From Octopus vulgaris (Eukaryota), in contig OX597834.1 in assembly GCA_951406725.2 (NCBI GenBank), positions 3,534,001-3,598,000 of the forward strand: 64,000 nucleotides of DNA, in the 5' to 3' direction. The position numbers were made by a program, and so were the translations under genes. A model generated the notes under the pieces. That model saw only the letters and a program-made list of their open reading frames with translations, did no database searches and was not told the DNA's origin. Shown here piece by piece: positions 62,816 through 64,000 of the stretch (positions within the stretch are counted from its first letter, which is position 1; each line of letters opens with the position of its first letter).

Positions 62816-63824
62816 TTGTTCAAAGAAGCGCTGGCGTTTCTCGTACCGGCGGATCCTTTGTGCTTTGGCAAGCATATCTTGCTCCGCTTTTCTTTTATCT
62901 CAGGTAAATAGTTGAACTTTTTGTTTTGTTCAAAGAAGCGCTGGCGTTTCTCGTACCGGCGGATCCTTTGTGCTTTGGCAAGGATATCTTGCTTCCGCTT
63001 TTCTTTTATCTCAGGTAAATAGTTGAACTTTTTGTTGTTGTTCAAAGAAGCGCTGGCGTTTCTCGTACCGGCGGATCCTTTGTGCTTTGGCAAGGATATC
63101 TTGCTTCCGCTTTTCTTTTATCTCAGGTAAATAGTTGAACTTTTTGTTTTGTTCAAAGAAGCGCTGGCGTTTCTCGTACCGGCGGATCCTTTGTGCTTTG
63201 GCAAGGATATCTTGCTTCCGCTTTTCTTTTATCTCAGGTAAATAGTTGAACTTTTTGTTTTGTTCAAAGAAGCGCTGGCGTTTCTCGTACCGGCGGATCC
63301 TTTGTGCTTTGTCAAGGATATCTTGCTTCAGCTTTTCTTTTATCTCAGGTAAATAGTTGAACTTTTTGTTTTGTTCAAAGAAGCGCTGACGTTTCTCGTA
63401 CCGGCGGATCCTTTGTGCTTTGGCAAGGATATCTTGCTTCAGCTTTTCTTTTATCTCAGGTAAATAGTTGAACTTTTTGTTTTGTTCAAAGAAGCGCTGG
63501 CGTTTCTCGTACCGGCGGATCCTTTGTGCTTTGGCAAGGATATCTTGCTTCCGCTTTTCTTTTATCTCAGGTAAATAGTTGAACTTTTTGTTTTGTTCAA
63601 AGAAGCGCTGGCGTTTCTCGTACCGGCGGATCCTTTGTGCTTTGGCAAGGATATCTTGCTTCCGCTTTTCTTTTATCTCAGGTAAATAGTTGAACTTTTT
63701 GTTTTGTTCAAAGAAGCGCTGGCGTTTCTCGTACCGGCGGATCCTTTGTGCTTTGTCAAGGATATCTTGCTTCCGCTTTTCTTTTATCTCAGTTAAATTC
63801 AGCTTTTCTTTTTTCTCAGGTAAA

Positions 63825-63825
<1 letters not shown>
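62816..63825 (-). repeat. 111-bp minisatellite, ~9 copies
   Basis: Same unit as 13892-14574. Confidence 0.88.
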
Positions 63826-63886
<61 letters not shown>

Positions 63887-63887
<1 letters not shown>

Positions 63888-64000
63888 CATTCAGTAGTTT
63901 TATTTTTATAGCGTGCTTTCACTTCACTACCGAGCACAGCTCTGTGTGCCTTGGGTATGTGCTGTGATTTGTTGTGATGCTCTGATGGTTATTGTATGGA
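63887..64000 (-). mobile_element. R4/Dong-like LINE 3' end (unit 3 copy, cut by the window edge)
   Basis: Matches 14717-14830. Confidence 0.75.

Larger units (their letters stand above)
44025..64000 (+). repeat. Segmental tandem duplication unit 3 (runs off the window end)
   Basis: Colinear with unit 2 but lacks the 485-bp array. Confidence 0.9.

Overview
AT-rich, microsatellite-laden animal genomic DNA; the repeat families resemble those of octopus/cephalopod genomes, but this is an inference. The window is a head-to-tail segmental array of three near-identical units (about 12-17254, 17255-44024, 44025->64000). Each unit carries a single-coding-exon DUF229 (alkaline phosphatase/sulfatase-superfamily) type II membrane protein gene: two copies are intact and the third has a premature stop. 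The intergenic DNA is a nest of R4/Dong-like RLE LINE fragments in (TAA)n, tRNA-derived SINEs, non-autonomous Helitrons, solo LTRs and a mariner relic. The standout is a 4.6-kb insertion found only in unit 2 (32742-37374). It consists of about 1 inverted plus about 8.5 tandem near-identical 485-bp monomers, each encoding a complete type I hammerhead ribozyme with a palindromic stem III and a long stem II extension. This looks like a young retrozyme-like, Penelope-mobilised self-cleaving circular-RNA element inserted into a (TA)n tract that is empty in unit 3. Several older degenerate hammerhead-like motifs and a variable-copy 111-bp LINE-derived minisatellite are also present.
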